Shown here: positions 38,361 through 51,198 of the stretch, in pieces
Position numbering within the stretch: the first letter of the stretch is position 1
Layout: the number at the start of each line of letters is the position of its first letter
NCBI RefSeq assembly: GCF_037042905.1
Contig: NC_087250.1
Span: 16,866,001-16,930,000, forward strand
Reading direction: 5' to 3'
Length of the DNA: 64,000 nucleotides
Source of the DNA: Lytechinus pictus
Lineage: Eukaryota
The notes under the pieces: generated by a model
The model's database searches: none
Seen by the model: only the letters and a program-made list of their open reading frames with translations
What the model was told of the DNA's origin: nothing
Program-made: the position numbers and the translations under genes

Positions 38361-40131
38361 TTAATACCCAGGGGTATTAACCCCCGATCTATGTATTGTC
38401 TATACCACACAACTTACGACTAGTATAGATAAAGTACACACATTCCTATACGAAGAAAACCGTTATTATGTTTGTTATTACACTCTGAAAATCGGTTTAT
38501 CTATAGTTGGGTAAAAAAAGAATATGCATGTGTTGGAGTACAATAGTGTGCATAGTTTTTCAACATTTGAGTGTGTAGTAAGGAATCTCGACAGAGACAA
38601 ACTTTACTTTTATTTGATTCCCTCATTTTAGTTTACAACGATAGTTATATTAAGGTCAATTGTTTGCACAACGTTACTAATACCTTGGTCACATTTGTTC
38701 TACGGCGGCCGTACGGCGAGTCGAAAACAGCTGTTTTAACATTTTTTGTACCAGCTACATAATTATAGGTGGTTTGAATAAAAATGAATAAAACGACTGT
38801 TTTCGACTCGCCGTACGACTGCCGTAGACCAAATGTGACCAAGGTAAAATGAGTGTGACAATAATCACAGGTAAGATTGGCAATATTATTCTTTCCATAT
38901 ACAAATCGAAAAAATCAATTGCTTTTAAAGTCTCATATTTACAATAGGTTTTCTATTAGTATTAGATGCCTGCTTATGTTCCCATCCAACATGTTTAACA
39001 AACCAACTGGAAACTACATTCTAAGTGAATGTTCACATTGACGTCAATTTCATTATTTTTTTATTTTTAAAGGTAGCGAAAAGGTTAAAAGAAGTATGCC
39101 ACTATGTAGAAAATTTATTAACTGATAACTAAGAATTTTGAGATGTTATCTCAAAATGTCAAATTTGAAGAGCTCCGCAATGATTTATGTCATATAATCT
39201 TTTTTTTTTTTTGGGGTGGGGGGGGGGTATTCATATAAACCAGGAGCCGCGGAGCCTCCTACATTTTCCAAAACCGTGCACAAAAACGTAAAAATGACCA
39301 TATGATTATGATTTTGTTTTTGCATGGTCAGCCCTCCCCCACTTTGAAAACTATTCCGCGGCCCCTGTATACACATACAATCATATAAATATTTAAATTC
39401 ATAGAGAATATGAGGAATAATAGGGCAGATAGTGTGCTTGTAAAATCCTTCTAAACAATTCTGAGAAAAGGTAAATAGAGGGAGCTGTTAAATATTAAAT
39501 GAAGACGACACAATATCATCAACTTCGTATCACAGAGACGCATGCGCAGAGTGCAAACAGGAGGACATCAAAAGCGAACACTACTAAATATGGCTACTTA
39601 TTGTGTTGTCTTGATAAGAACCCACTACTGAAAACATAACAGGAGCTATAGTTGCAATATGTGCAGCTTGCTAGTAAGTAACGTCACAAAATTAAACAAA
39701 ATCTGAAAAGCATGTTCATATCATAAATCTTTAATCTTATGTCATAAGTCCTTATTCATATTTTACTAACTACCCTTTTCTTAGCTTTTTTAGGTTCTAA
39801 TTGATATGTTTTTAATTTATCAGTGAATTAATAATACAATATGGTGTTTATTGTTAACATTTTATGTTTGATTGAAAATCTGTAAATATTTGACTTTGTA
39901 TAATGTTTATTCGTATTTTGTTGACGGAATACATTTATAAATAAATCTGATTTAATCTAATCTATTCTTTCAAACTTCGTTGACATTTTAAAGAAATATT
40001 TTCATTTTGTTTTGTTTTTTGTTTTTACTGAAACCAGGTTGACGTCAGCATAAAAATCGCTTCCCACATGTCTATATCTCTTCATGAAAATTGAACCTTA
40101 TAGTATCTTGGGGCCCTCTCGCGTTGACAAA

Positions 40132-40424
40132 TCAAGCTCGTCCAAAATAAGTACACCCGTCAGATCGGCTGAAAAACCGAGCATGCGCACCCTCCTTCTG
40201 CTCGTAATTCAGCTCGCAAACACCGCTCTGAATGAAGTTGAAAGACCGGCACCCAACGATGTCAACACACATCATAGCGCATCGTAACTGGCTCACCATT
40301 CGCACAGTCTCCATCACGTGACCAACTAGACAGTAGCCAATCAGATCACGTCCATTGTTATCTTTGCTTGGGAGGAACACGTTGGATTTGCTGATCTTGC
40401 GAAGTGGAGTTGCTCTGGGGGTAG
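40132..40424 (-). CDS. Lectin gene exon 6: proximal PAN/apple-domain terminal exon
   Basis: Phase-1 acceptor matches the phase-1 donor of exon 5; six Cys PAN pattern; AATAAA at 39911-39906. Confidence 0.82.
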
Positions 40425-41900
40425 CTGCATGCAATTAACACACAGTAATGAAATAATGATAAAGGCATTATTAGCAATGCCTGTCTATCAATGGACCATT
40501 AACCATATTAACAATTACATTAACAGTATGATTAAAGAAATGTAGTAGTACAAACGTAACGGAATACAAGCATGCACACGTACCAGAGCATAACATAATT
40601 TACTTGCATCGGTATATGCCAAACTATAAATTAGTAGATCTGTTTAATCTATTTGTGTCCTGTTACCCCCAAACCCAATAGTTAGTCACCAGAGAAGATT
40701 ATTTGTAAATAGAGAGAGAGAGAAGGGGGGGGGGGGGACTTGATCTTCAAAATGTTAAAATTCCAAAATTTACCACTTTCAAATAGCACCTCCCCTTCTT
40801 CATACAACTTCTAGCATTTTTTTTACCCGGACATCATGCTTGAGTGAAGCCTGAAAGTGAAACCCTCTTGTCTCCTCATTTTTCCTAATTGTTTGAAGGT
40901 CTCACTAAATTTCTTCCACTTCGAGTTATTTCTTATCAATTTTAAAGCATAGTGTACGATTTCTTTTATGCTCAATGAAAACTCACAATAATTTTGAGCA
41001 ACTTCTTGTTGATTATGCGGTGCCACGTCACATTTGCCAAAAATTGTTGTAAAACAAAGTAAAAAAAAACAGATCTACAAGTTAAACTGAACTCGAAAAA
41101 TATAAAGGAAAGAAGACGACATAATAGGATATAAAGAAATCTAGAAATAGGGGAGGAAATCAACAATGCTAGGGAAAAATATAGAAAGATCAGCAAAGAG
41201 AGAGAGAGGGGGGGGATAACGATGCAATTAGGTCACGCATTTAGTCGGTATTTGTCGTTATTATTTGCCATGTACAATTGCTATGTAAAATGGATTTATA
41301 CTCTTCTGTTAAATTCACTGAACGGAAAAAATATCACTTCTAAAAAGGTGTACATTTGTATTATTCGGGTCGCATTAATCATTAATAATGATTTAATGCT
41401 TTTAATCCAATTGATATTTGCTGTCATTTTAAATGCAATTTCCCTGCGCTATTTTGCGTGTGTCATGATGTACCACGTTCAAGAGAAGTGCAATGAACTA
41501 ATGTAAGCATTCTCGAGAGTTTAAGTTGACAATGGAATTGAATGTAGTGGATCGGTTTAGAGAGTTCCTTGTATGATATGTTTTCTAAATATTACTGAAG
41601 CTATGAAAGCAACAAACGGCAATTGACACAGCGCCTTTTTAGTAATCATAGTAATATAAATGAACCTAGTTATTAGTTTTAATAATAACAACACGTTGTA
41701 TTTGTATCGAATTCTGCAATATACTATTTTTGTCACTTGCCTCAATCGTCCCAAACTAAAATTATATTTTCAGTAAAAATAACTTTAATAAATGATCAGA
41801 TCGCTCGAGGTTGTATCATACTACCATATATTGTATCGAATTATGGACTCTATAAGAACAAACGTGTCGACATGACTAGATATTGAGTAGGCATCTGGGT

Positions 41901-44297
41901 CAGTGCTGTAGTATCTTGATGATCGGCCTTGGCCTTAAGGCGCGTTAATGCCTACTTTTTTAAAGCCTTGGCCTTGAGGACTTTGAGCCTTGACATTTCA
42001 AGGCTTTTTCGATGCATTTTTTTTTATTTTGAACACATTTGTTTTTTGTAAGTAATTGTAAATGTTTCAATTGTTTTGTATATTTAATGACAATAATGGC
42101 CAATAACCCCAGTCAGCAGTAGTAGTAAGTTTACTGGCAGTGTCATCAATTGTAATTATCACCATTATAAATAATTATCATCATACATGTAACAAAAAAG
42201 AAACAGCAGTGATGAAAAAATAACATTATTGACACTGGTAATATGTAGTAATCATGACTAATGATGATAATGACAATAGAAATAATAATAATGATAATAA
42301 TAATGATAGTGTTAATAATTATGATAAATATAATAATAGCGATTATTAACATGATGACAGGAATAAGTATGACAGATCTGACTGCGATTTTGACAATACT
42401 TTTCATACTTTAAAATCTCTAAAAAATGATAACAAGGTTGATTTCTATTGCATAAGGATAATCTTTCTATTATTTTCTTGAGCCAGCAAGAATGTTTTAA
42501 GTCTCAACGTTATTCAGAAAAGATTTGGTTAACTTGAACACAATCTTCAATTTTGTCATATTCAAATTGGCTATGTCAATGGCAGGATGAGCCAAACAGA
42601 ATTTAGGGGCCAAACATGGCATATGGAGCAAAATTTCTGCCAAAAAAAGTTGGAAGCGATTGAAGCGAGCCAACAAAAAATTGTACTCTCTTAATAATTT
42701 GATAAAGAAAAGCTAATTTTGTGATAAACTGTGAGAATATGTTTAGAAAAAATAATATCACATTTACTCCTTTTCCTTTCCTTTTTTCCTTTTCTAAGCT
42801 TTTTCTTGGCGATGGAACTTCTCCTCTCTCTCTCTCTCTCTTTATTTTTTTTTGGGGGGGTCTGACATTTCTAAAAACAAGCGAGGAAGAGGAATGAGAG
42901 GACAGAAAGAGAAGAGAGGAGGAGGGGGAAAAACACTTGAAGGCTAAAGATAGATGGGGTGACACAATTGGCTGGTTGGGCAGAATAGCCCAGTTCGTAG
43001 TTACTTCATGGACAATTTTGGTGAAATGACATTTCTTTTCTTTCATTAAGATAGGCAGATTTCAAAGCAAGATATTACGTATGCATGCCTTACATAGCGG
43101 GATGAAGAAATTGAATAGACCAGGTGACGAGAATAGCACATCAATGAACACTCTATGAAGGTATTTTTGTTGTTGCATTTTTACTTTGAATGCATATTAG
43201 AGGATGTTGTACAATGTACTTGGCAAACTGTGAAATATACAAGTCATTCGTGGACGCATTGTTTTTTGTGGATGTGAATGAAAAACACAATTTAAAAGAA
43301 TAAATGAATGATCAAGACATCGACGTTGGTGCTTATCTCATTAAATTTGAAACCACCATGTCACTTTAGTACAAATGACTTTCCTCTGATCATGCACAGA
43401 ATCTTCTGATCATGCCCAGAGTGGAACTACGAACTGGCTTACATTTGTGTAATTACTGCAAAATCAGTTAATACGTTGATAAGCAGTACATCTTTTCTAA
43501 TTTTGTTTATTGTGATTTGAGTCTAGTGTCTCAGATCGACCAAAAACAAAGCAAATGTATATAAATATATATTTATCCTTTTGAATATCACTTTATTTTG
43601 TTAGTATTCTTTATTCCGGTTCTTTAGTTAGAGTAAGTGTAGAAGATACACAAAATGAGAATTGAAATTAAAAAGTGGTTGTAAGCAGAAAAGAAGCATG
43701 AAAACACACAAGAGTCCTAAAAATGACTCATTTTCAGGTCAGCATTTGAATATGTCAACCTGCGCTTTGTGCTCTCTTGCCCAATAAAATTATTTGTAGG
43801 AAAAATTCCCCTTTTTTTCAAAATGGATAATGCCTTTTTTCAAATGAAAAATATGCCTTTTTTAAAAACGAAATACCTTTCTTGAAGGTACATTTTGATT
43901 TTGAAAATCACTAAATTTTTGGCTCAAGCTTCGGGCTCACATCAATTATTGTTTAGTTAGGTACTAATCCTGTTCATGGTTGCAGAAATGTTCTGAATGT
44001 CCAGTGTTTTCAGGTTGGAATATCACAAAATTTTGGCTCGCGTTCCGCGGTCGCATTAATTATTGCTTAGTTAGTTAGGTACTCATTCCGTTGCTGGTTA
44101 CAAAAGTGCTTAGAATGTCCAGTTTTCAGGTTGGAATATCACATATTTTGAGCTCACGATTCGCGCTTGCATTATTTGATTTGTAAGATATGTATCCTAT
44201 TCATGAGTCAATAAATGCACTCCTTAACATGTTCTTTTTTCTGGTCAGTATATTAAATTTTCATAAGTGCCCTTTTTGGCTTTGCCCCCCCCCCCCC

Positions 44298-44332
<35 letters not shown>

Positions 44333-44795
44333 GTTCTGCCGCCCTTGTCCCAAACAATGGAGAAAGGGTAGACGTTGAGAATGGGCATGCCAGGATCGGA
44401 TGACAGGGGGATTAACGATTATTGCAATGTAAATCGCCTAAAGAAATAATAACAAAGGTAATTATTTTGTTACTATCATATTTTCATATTATGTCTAAAT
44501 CTATAATAAAATCAAATTTTCATGTACAAAAGGTCGAGAATTTTGCTCGCTCACACCTTTTGTAGATTTTGCACTGTTTGCCATGTCTGTACCCTAAGCT
44601 TAAGCAATGTTGGCTCATTGTTCCGTGTATCGTTTGAAATGCCTTTGCATTGAGGTTTTCAGGCCTTCGCCTTGGTCTTGGGTCTCTATGCCAGGCTTGG
44701 CCTTGGCCATGGGTATTAAAATCTTAGCTTTGGGCAATAAAGCCTTGGCCTGGGCATTGCGTGGCATTGGAGGTTTAGCCTTGACTACAACACTG
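41901..44795. mobile_element. 2.9 kb composite hAT-like non-autonomous element in intron 5
   Basis: TIR CAGTG(C/T)TGTAGT / ACTACAACACTG; perfect 8 bp TSD ATCTGGGT; subterminal GGCCTT repeats. Confidence 0.88.
42989..43439. mobile_element. TIR element nested in the hAT-like element
   Basis: CCAGTTCGTAGTT near 42992 and its inverse AACTACGAACTGG near 43425. Confidence 0.55.
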
Positions 44796-45194
44796 ATCTG
44801 GGTGGTATTTTATTACATACATGTATTCTGGTCAGATATAATTGTGTTATAAACAAATCAAAGCGGGAACTAGTCAAAATGACTAGAATAAGAATAACAG
44901 TGCCATACAGCCAGTAGCATAATGAACCAAAGCGCCCCCCCCCCCCCCTCCTTTCTGTACGCCAGTGCATGCAGCTGACCCATTTATCGAGTCATTTGAA
45001 ACCAATTTGCCATTCGATTTAATGAAAAATATAATTTATTGAGAAAAATCCATTAGTATTTACAAACAATTTTGGTCAACAAAATTTTTAACTTTTGTTG
45101 CAGTGATGCTGACGCATATTCTTGCCATGTCTTCCCATATATTGGGTATCATAATTACAAAATATTGTTTCAATACAATGAAATAATAACTTAC

Positions 45195-45243
45195 CATCGG
45201 TGTTAGTTCCACTTGAAACTTCATTAGCAATGGTGGTTCCATC
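45195..45243 (-). CDS. Lectin gene exon 5: 49 nt linker (DGTTIANEVSSGTNTD)
   Basis: TTTCCCCCAAG acceptor and GTAAGT donor; phase 0 to 1 bridges exons 4 and 6. Confidence 0.8.
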
Positions 45244-45591
45244 CTTGGGGGAAATAAATACACGAGACATTCAGCATTATCTCAGCTACTTCGAGGTTTA
45301 TAGCATCATTGAGCGATAATTTTACTGTAATATCTTTTCGAGGGACCATGGTGATTATAATGGCATTTTCTTTTTTGCAAAAATATGTTTTTTGTGTTTT
45401 TTTTTAATCTTGCGATCCTGCAGTTGATCCAACTGTTCACTCCTATATTAAGAGACATGCCAGAGATGTTTGACCGATGACCGGGAAACTTCGCACAATT
45501 TATATGAGGACAAAATCACAGAAGTGCTTCGCGGAATAATGCCCGCTTATCACAGGTAACAATTTCGCGGATACTCATGCTTTATGATTAC

Positions 45592-45938
45592 CTGTTCCGA
45601 ATCCGTGCCCCAATTTTGCATTGTTGAGGTCTTTGTGGTGGTTTGAGTAGGTGGACCTGGTGTGGTTGGTTGTGTAGGAACTTGGGTGGTTGGGCTTGTC
45701 GTGGTTGGTGTGGTAGGACCTTGGGTGGTTGGGCTTGGTGTGGTTTGTGTTGTAGGATCTTGAGTCGTTGGGCTTGTCGTAGTTGGTGTTATAGGATCTT
45801 GGGTGGTTCGGCTTGTCGTAGTTGCTGCTGTTGTTGTAGGATCTTGGCTGGTTTGTCCAGGTGTAGATGGCGTTGTAGCCTCTTGAGTGATTGGATCAGC
45901 AGGGGATGTTGTGGTTGTGGGTTCAGGTAGAGGATCGA
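45592..45938 (-). CDS. Lectin gene exon 4: Thr/Pro mucin-like stalk with 13-aa repeats
   Basis: TATGTAG acceptor, CAG|GTAATC donor, phase 1 to 0; PTTQDPTTxTTxS repeats. Confidence 0.85.
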
Positions 45939-46245
45939 CTACATAAATACAATGATTGTAATCAACCGGGTTTATGTCGGATGAGTCTTTATGCAAATAG
46001 TTATAACGTTTCCGTCATTCGACACCATTACCACATATATAGCATAGGGTGTGTATTGTATTGTATTGTTATTGTTAATATGCATGAATTAACATACACA
46101 TGGGGGTCGTTCTTACACCTTTCAAAATATCTGTGATTGAAAAATCAGAATTTATTAACCCCATTGGAATCTAATTTAACACATGTATCACGTGGTATAA
46201 AGATGGTGTATCTAGTCACTGCATTTAACTTTTTCCTAGCACTGA

Positions 46246-46575
46246 ATAATAATGATGATGATAATAATAATTATAATGAACAGTTCTGTCTTGTTTAGCG
46301 AAAATCACATTTATTTTTATGACGTCTCCATGCGCTTCCAAAGAACTTGGAAATTGCTACACCAGCTTTAGCTTGGTGGTCATGGTGGTTGTAATTACTT
46401 ACAGCGCACACGCATTTCAAAAAGTTAATTCCTACTAGGTAGCCATTTACCTCACCTGGGTCGAGTGCAGCACAATATGGATAAATTTCTTGCTGAATGA
46501 AACTACCCTTTGGTTGGGATTTGAATCCCCGACCCTTTATTTCAAGGTCCGGAGACTAATCCTCTGGTCACAATG
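46246..46575 (-). mobile_element. Degenerate tRNA-derived SINE
   Basis: B-box-like inverse GGGATTTGAATC near 46516, GC-richer body, TAA-repeat tail at 46246-46278. Confidence 0.5.
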
Positions 46576-47874
46576 AAATATAGAATATAGATTTTCGGGT
46601 GCCTTTTTTCTTCAAGGGCATTATTTCTACAACACATCACCAGTAAGGATAAAACATGAAAAAAAATGCTAACACAACGAGAGATGAACAACCCGTGTAA
46701 TAATAATAGCAGGGCCCGCTGGGAGAACAATTTTCGGAACTGAATTGGCTACCCTGGGTAAATATACCGTTATTATTATGATATAATATAACATGATTAT
46801 GATAATATGGTACAATATAAAATAGTTTCTTCTTCTTCGCCGACTACGTTTCTCTTTCTTTCTCCCTCTTTTTCTCCCCCCCCCCTTTTTTTTTGGGGGG
46901 GAGGGGGGGGGGCACGTTCCCCCTCCCCGTAGTGACAAACTGGATTTTTCAACCCACAATTCTTCATGTTTATGTCGACCACAACATGTTTATATTTCAA
47001 GAGAAACTCTGAAACTTCAAAACTTGTTTAGATTTTCATTAAATTTTCAGAATTGTGCTGAATAATTTTTGCCTTATTTCGTTCAAATCATTTTTATTTG
47101 TCGGAGTGCGGGACGTGTGGACTTGAACTTAAAAAGAGAAGAAATGGTATCAGTAATTCCTATCCCCAGCGCTCAATGAATTTTTGCGTTTTATATTAGA
47201 TTGAAAAAAATTAATGCTAAATGATCCATAAATGAATTACAAAATATACAATGTGTATACCGTATACGGTTATCGATCCGTGACGTCATACTATTCAAGC
47301 GAGGGTTGAAACAATACATCACCCATCCCCCCCCCCCTTGAACAATAGATTCACAACACAAATCAACACCCAAGGTACCATCATTAGTTAGCTATAGTAA
47401 TAACTGTTCATGGAACGAAGTGAAACTGAAATAACTCTTTTTCACATTGGACTTGTATGATATTTTCAGCCCCGCTTGTTTGATAATTTTTTTTCCTCTT
47501 TTGCTGGAATGTAATCTCAACCTTTAAATAATTAAACCAAAAAATACAAAGAATCACAAGATCACAAAATGACGTTGAATAGAATCGGAATTCTTAATCA
47601 AGAATCGTTCATGTTATCCTAAGCAATTATTTTTGTTTAATTACCATATCAATTAAATGCTACAGAAGATGATCAAAATTTGATTAGCGATTGTGAATCC
47701 AGTAAAGCCTTTCGATTGGGGTATTGAATAAGTGCAATACTATGATTATTATCATTTTTTAAGTATGCCTAATACTCTTCAATCTTTTTACTTGTCAAAT
47801 TTCATGTCGGGTAAAACATGATACATTTGAAGATGTGAATGTTGAGTAAATAGTCTTTCGATCTATAATAGTCA

Positions 47875-48698
47875 AATGATTGTTCGATTTGATTTATTTT
47901 TTTGGTAAGTCACCACAACATGATACTGTAGCAATTCAAAACAACAGGCTTGCACAGGATGACCCACGAAAGGTCGAAAGCTAATTTTCAGTGGGGCCCT
48001 CGACTTGTGTAGAATTACGAAAATAACATGTAAAATTATACTAGATACCCAAAGAAAACCCATCCAAAATATAAAATCCAAATTTACTATTACCAAAAGA
48101 TAAGATATAGAAATGAAATACGCAAGAAAAATCTAAAAAAGAAAAAAAAAAGAAGAAGGAGTAGAAGAAGAAGAAGAAGAAGAAGAAGGAGGAGGAGAAG
48201 AAGAAGAAGGAGAAGACGAAGAAGGAGAAGAAGAAGAATTACGGAAGAAGAAGGAGGAGCAGAGGAAGAAAAAGAACAAGGAGAAGAAGAACAACAAAAA
48301 CAACAACAAAAAAAGTAACAAGGCGAAGAGGAGAATAGAAGGAAGGGAGAAAAGAAAAGGAAAGAAGAAAGGACATATCGATCAAAGCAACTTTAATCAT
48401 ATTATGTAAAATAATAATAATAATACCTGGCAGAGAAAAGAAAAAGAACGTGGTCCGACTATTTAGCCTAAATCGACCAGTATACATGATATATAACAAA
48501 GAATTCCCATCTTCTCTTTGACTCTCAAGTGAAAGATATTCGTCAATTTCCTCTTAAAATGGAAAACAATTTCCTATTCCCTTTAGGTCGATCGTTGGGA
48601 AGATAATTCCAATGTTTTATAACATTGTAATAAAATGAGTTGCCAATACTACCTATCATTTCTGATAATCAGAAGTTGAAATGGCTGTTTCTTGTATA
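47875..48698 (-). mobile_element. 3' fragment of the same LINE family as 6835-8481
   Basis: Inverse match to about 7745-8480, including CTTTCACTTGAGAGTCAAAGAGAAGATG and the CTT tract. Confidence 0.85.
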
Positions 48699-49052
48699 AC
48701 ATATATATGTATATGTATACATGTATATACACACAAATGAAGGCATATTGTTCTCTTTACTTTTTAATAAAACGTATACTAATGTACACGAGGTAAAAAC
48801 AAACCAAATCAAAATGCCTTTGAAGACTAATTCTTCAAAGTGTCATAGAATATTAGCAGCAGTAGAATGATTAAATGACAATACAACATAATAAATATAT
48901 TAATTTTGATAATACATTGATAAATTAATGAATGAATAAATGAATGAAAAGAATCATGTAGTTTGCTTGAATTGTTATTCTAAGATTTCATGTGAGCTAA
49001 TAATATAACAGTGAACACTAAACAAATTACTGTGCGTATGCCTATCAGTCAC

Positions 49053-49190
49053 CTTCGCAGAGAGCGAACGCAAGTGAGTTGCAATCAGTATCCTCCAAGC
49101 CATTGCTGGTTGGTAAATAGTAAACACAGTCCTCAATGCCACCCCCTCCAACAGAACTCTTGGGATATCCTTGCGCACTAAGCCACAAAT
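49053..49190 (-). CDS. Lectin gene exon 3: C-terminal half of the CTLD (alternative in-frame acceptor at 49292)
   Basis: DLWLSAQGYP..EDCV...LEDTDC....ALCE; CATACAG acceptor, GAAG|GTGACT donor, phase 1-1. Confidence 0.85.
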
Positions 49191-49832
49191 CTGTATGAAT
49201 AAAACAGACATGATTTCTAAGACTTGAATTCATTGGCAAAATATCACATAACACATGACTCTTGGGGTATCCTTGTGAACTGCGCCACAAGTCTGTAAAA
49301 ATAGAAAATAAATTACTGAAGCCCGATTAAAATTCTGAAGACGATTCTCAAAACTTTAATTAATTTACTAAGTAAAATCAGAGGTTGTATCACACATCAC
49401 ATCTTGTGTGGAAGGTGTGATCTAACGCATCAAATTATCTGGTGACTGAAAAACAAATGAATAAAATCTTCTTTTTTATTGATCATTTCTCAAGCGCAAT
49501 GTTACGAACGAATTTTAGGATGTAATGTTCAAAGGTAACTTTTTTTTCAAATTCAGTGTCTAAATCTATAATACGGCCGTATGTCCTTCACATGTCTACG
49601 AAAAATGTGTTGAAATCTTGTTTTTTATTTCTAAAGAAAGTGTCCTTCAATATCATTCATCCCCTTGTGTGTGTTTGTTTGTTATTTGATGTTATTCGTT
49701 GGGATAGAGTTTTAATGGTAATGAGCCCCATCCCCTTGCATCCATTGAGTTCTATTGACACCAGATGCAGTTAATTCTTCCATGGTCCCTGTACATACAT
49801 GTATTTCAGTAATATTCGTTGAGTAAACTTAC

Positions 49833-50129
49833 CACTGTTTAGGGATAGCTGCGTACCGTCTTCACATTCAAATAAGCCCTCTACTTCGGCATCCGTACAG
49901 CCAACCCAGAAGTTAAATGGTGATCCAAGTGCAGCTCCCATAATATTAGTTGCATAAATATTACCTATATTACTCGTCTCACTCTGGCTGTTGAAAACTA
50001 CAAGTTTAGCACCCATGCCCGCACAAATTACTTTAGCCTCTTCATATGAAGGAACGTTAGACCAGTTAAGGTCTTGGAACTTGTAGCATCCGGAACCTTC
50101 ATTGTACCAGCCATCGGGACATGCGCTAT
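49833..50129 (-). CDS. Lectin gene exon 2: N-terminal half of the CTLD
   Basis: SACPDGW...GCYKF...SYEEAKVIC...AKLV...FWVGCTD..EG.F; TTGTAG acceptor, GTAAGT donor, phase 1-1. Confidence 0.9.
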
Positions 50130-50394
50130 CTACAATAAAGGGATGACAGAGGCATAATATAATAAATTTCCCTGAGTAGAGTTCTTATACAAACCTTAAA
50201 GATCAACATTTTGTATGATTTTTTCAAATTGCCCCCGCTTATAGCAGCATCGAGGGGAAATAATATGAGGGGTACTATTCTTCAATGATATTTGGAAACT
50301 ATAAAGCAATCACAGATGTTGTAAACCATCCGATTCATCAATAGGTAACAAAATATACCCTGTTCAAATATTTCCATATTTACTCTTTCCTTAA

Positions 50395-50998
50395 AGGACA
50401 AGTCCACCCCAGCAAAAAGTTGATTTGAATAATAAGAGAAAAATCCAACAAGCATAACACCGAAAATGTCATCAAAATCGGATGTAAAATAAAAAAGTTA
50501 TTACATTTTTAAGTTTCGCTTAATTTCACAAAACAGTTATATGCACATCCTGGTCGATATGCAAATGAAGGGACTGATGACATCACTCACTCACTATTTC
50601 TTTTGTATTTTATTATATGATATATGAATTATTCTAATTTTCTCCTCATTGTCCTGTGCGACAAAGTTTAATTCCTCCCTGAACATGTGGTATTACCATT
50701 GTTATGACATCTTATGGCTCAGTTAAGTTGGTCCTTAATGTCAAATTGGTGAAAATTGAAATATTGTATAATTCAAACAATAAAAACAAAAGAAATAGTG
50801 AGTGATGGACATTATCAACTCTCTCATTTGCATGTCACTGAGTTGTGCATATAACTGTTTTTGTGAAAAATGAACGTAACTTTAAAATGTCATAACTTTC
50901 TTATTTTACATCCGATTTCGATGAAATTTTCAGCATTATGCTTGTTTGATTTTTGTCTATTGATTCAAATCAACATTTTTCTGGAGTGGACTTGTCCT
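50395..50998. mobile_element. Kolobok-like MITE with TTAA TSD in intron 1
   Basis: TTAA|AGGACAAGTCCAC...GTGGACTTGTCCT|TTAA. Confidence 0.88.
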
Positions 50999-51062
50999 TT
51001 AATGAATTTAACATTATAACACTTTGTATAAGTTTACATATGTTTAATTGGATACTAGGTAC

Positions 51063-51126
51063 TTGAATGAAATGAGATAAGAAACCACAATGAAATGATG
51101 ACGACAATCTTGAGTTTCGCATCCAT
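51063..51126 (-). CDS. Lectin gene exon 1: signal peptide MDAKLKIVVIISLWFLISFHS
   Basis: Hydrophobic leader; phase-1 GT donor (weak, A|GTACCT) in frame with exon 2; TATA box upstream. Confidence 0.7.
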
Positions 51127-51190
51127 TTCTGGAAACTAGTGGAGAGGGATATATGCTTGGTCCAGAAACACAGTGCAAGGTAGTATGCAG

Positions 51191-51198
51191 TATTTATA
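51191..51198 (-). promoter_or_regulatory. Candidate TATA box of the lectin gene
   Basis: TATAAATA on the minus strand about 65 nt upstream of the ATG. Confidence 0.55.

Larger units (their letters stand above)
33745..41938 (+). repeat. Tandem segmental duplication, copy 3 (contiguous with the lectin gene)
   Basis: Collinear with copies 1 and 2; continues into the complete hAT element at its right end. Confidence 0.92.

Noticed and set aside
45643..45930. Cys/Trp/Gly-rich plus-strand ORF
   Set aside because: Antisense shadow of the Thr/Pro mucin exon
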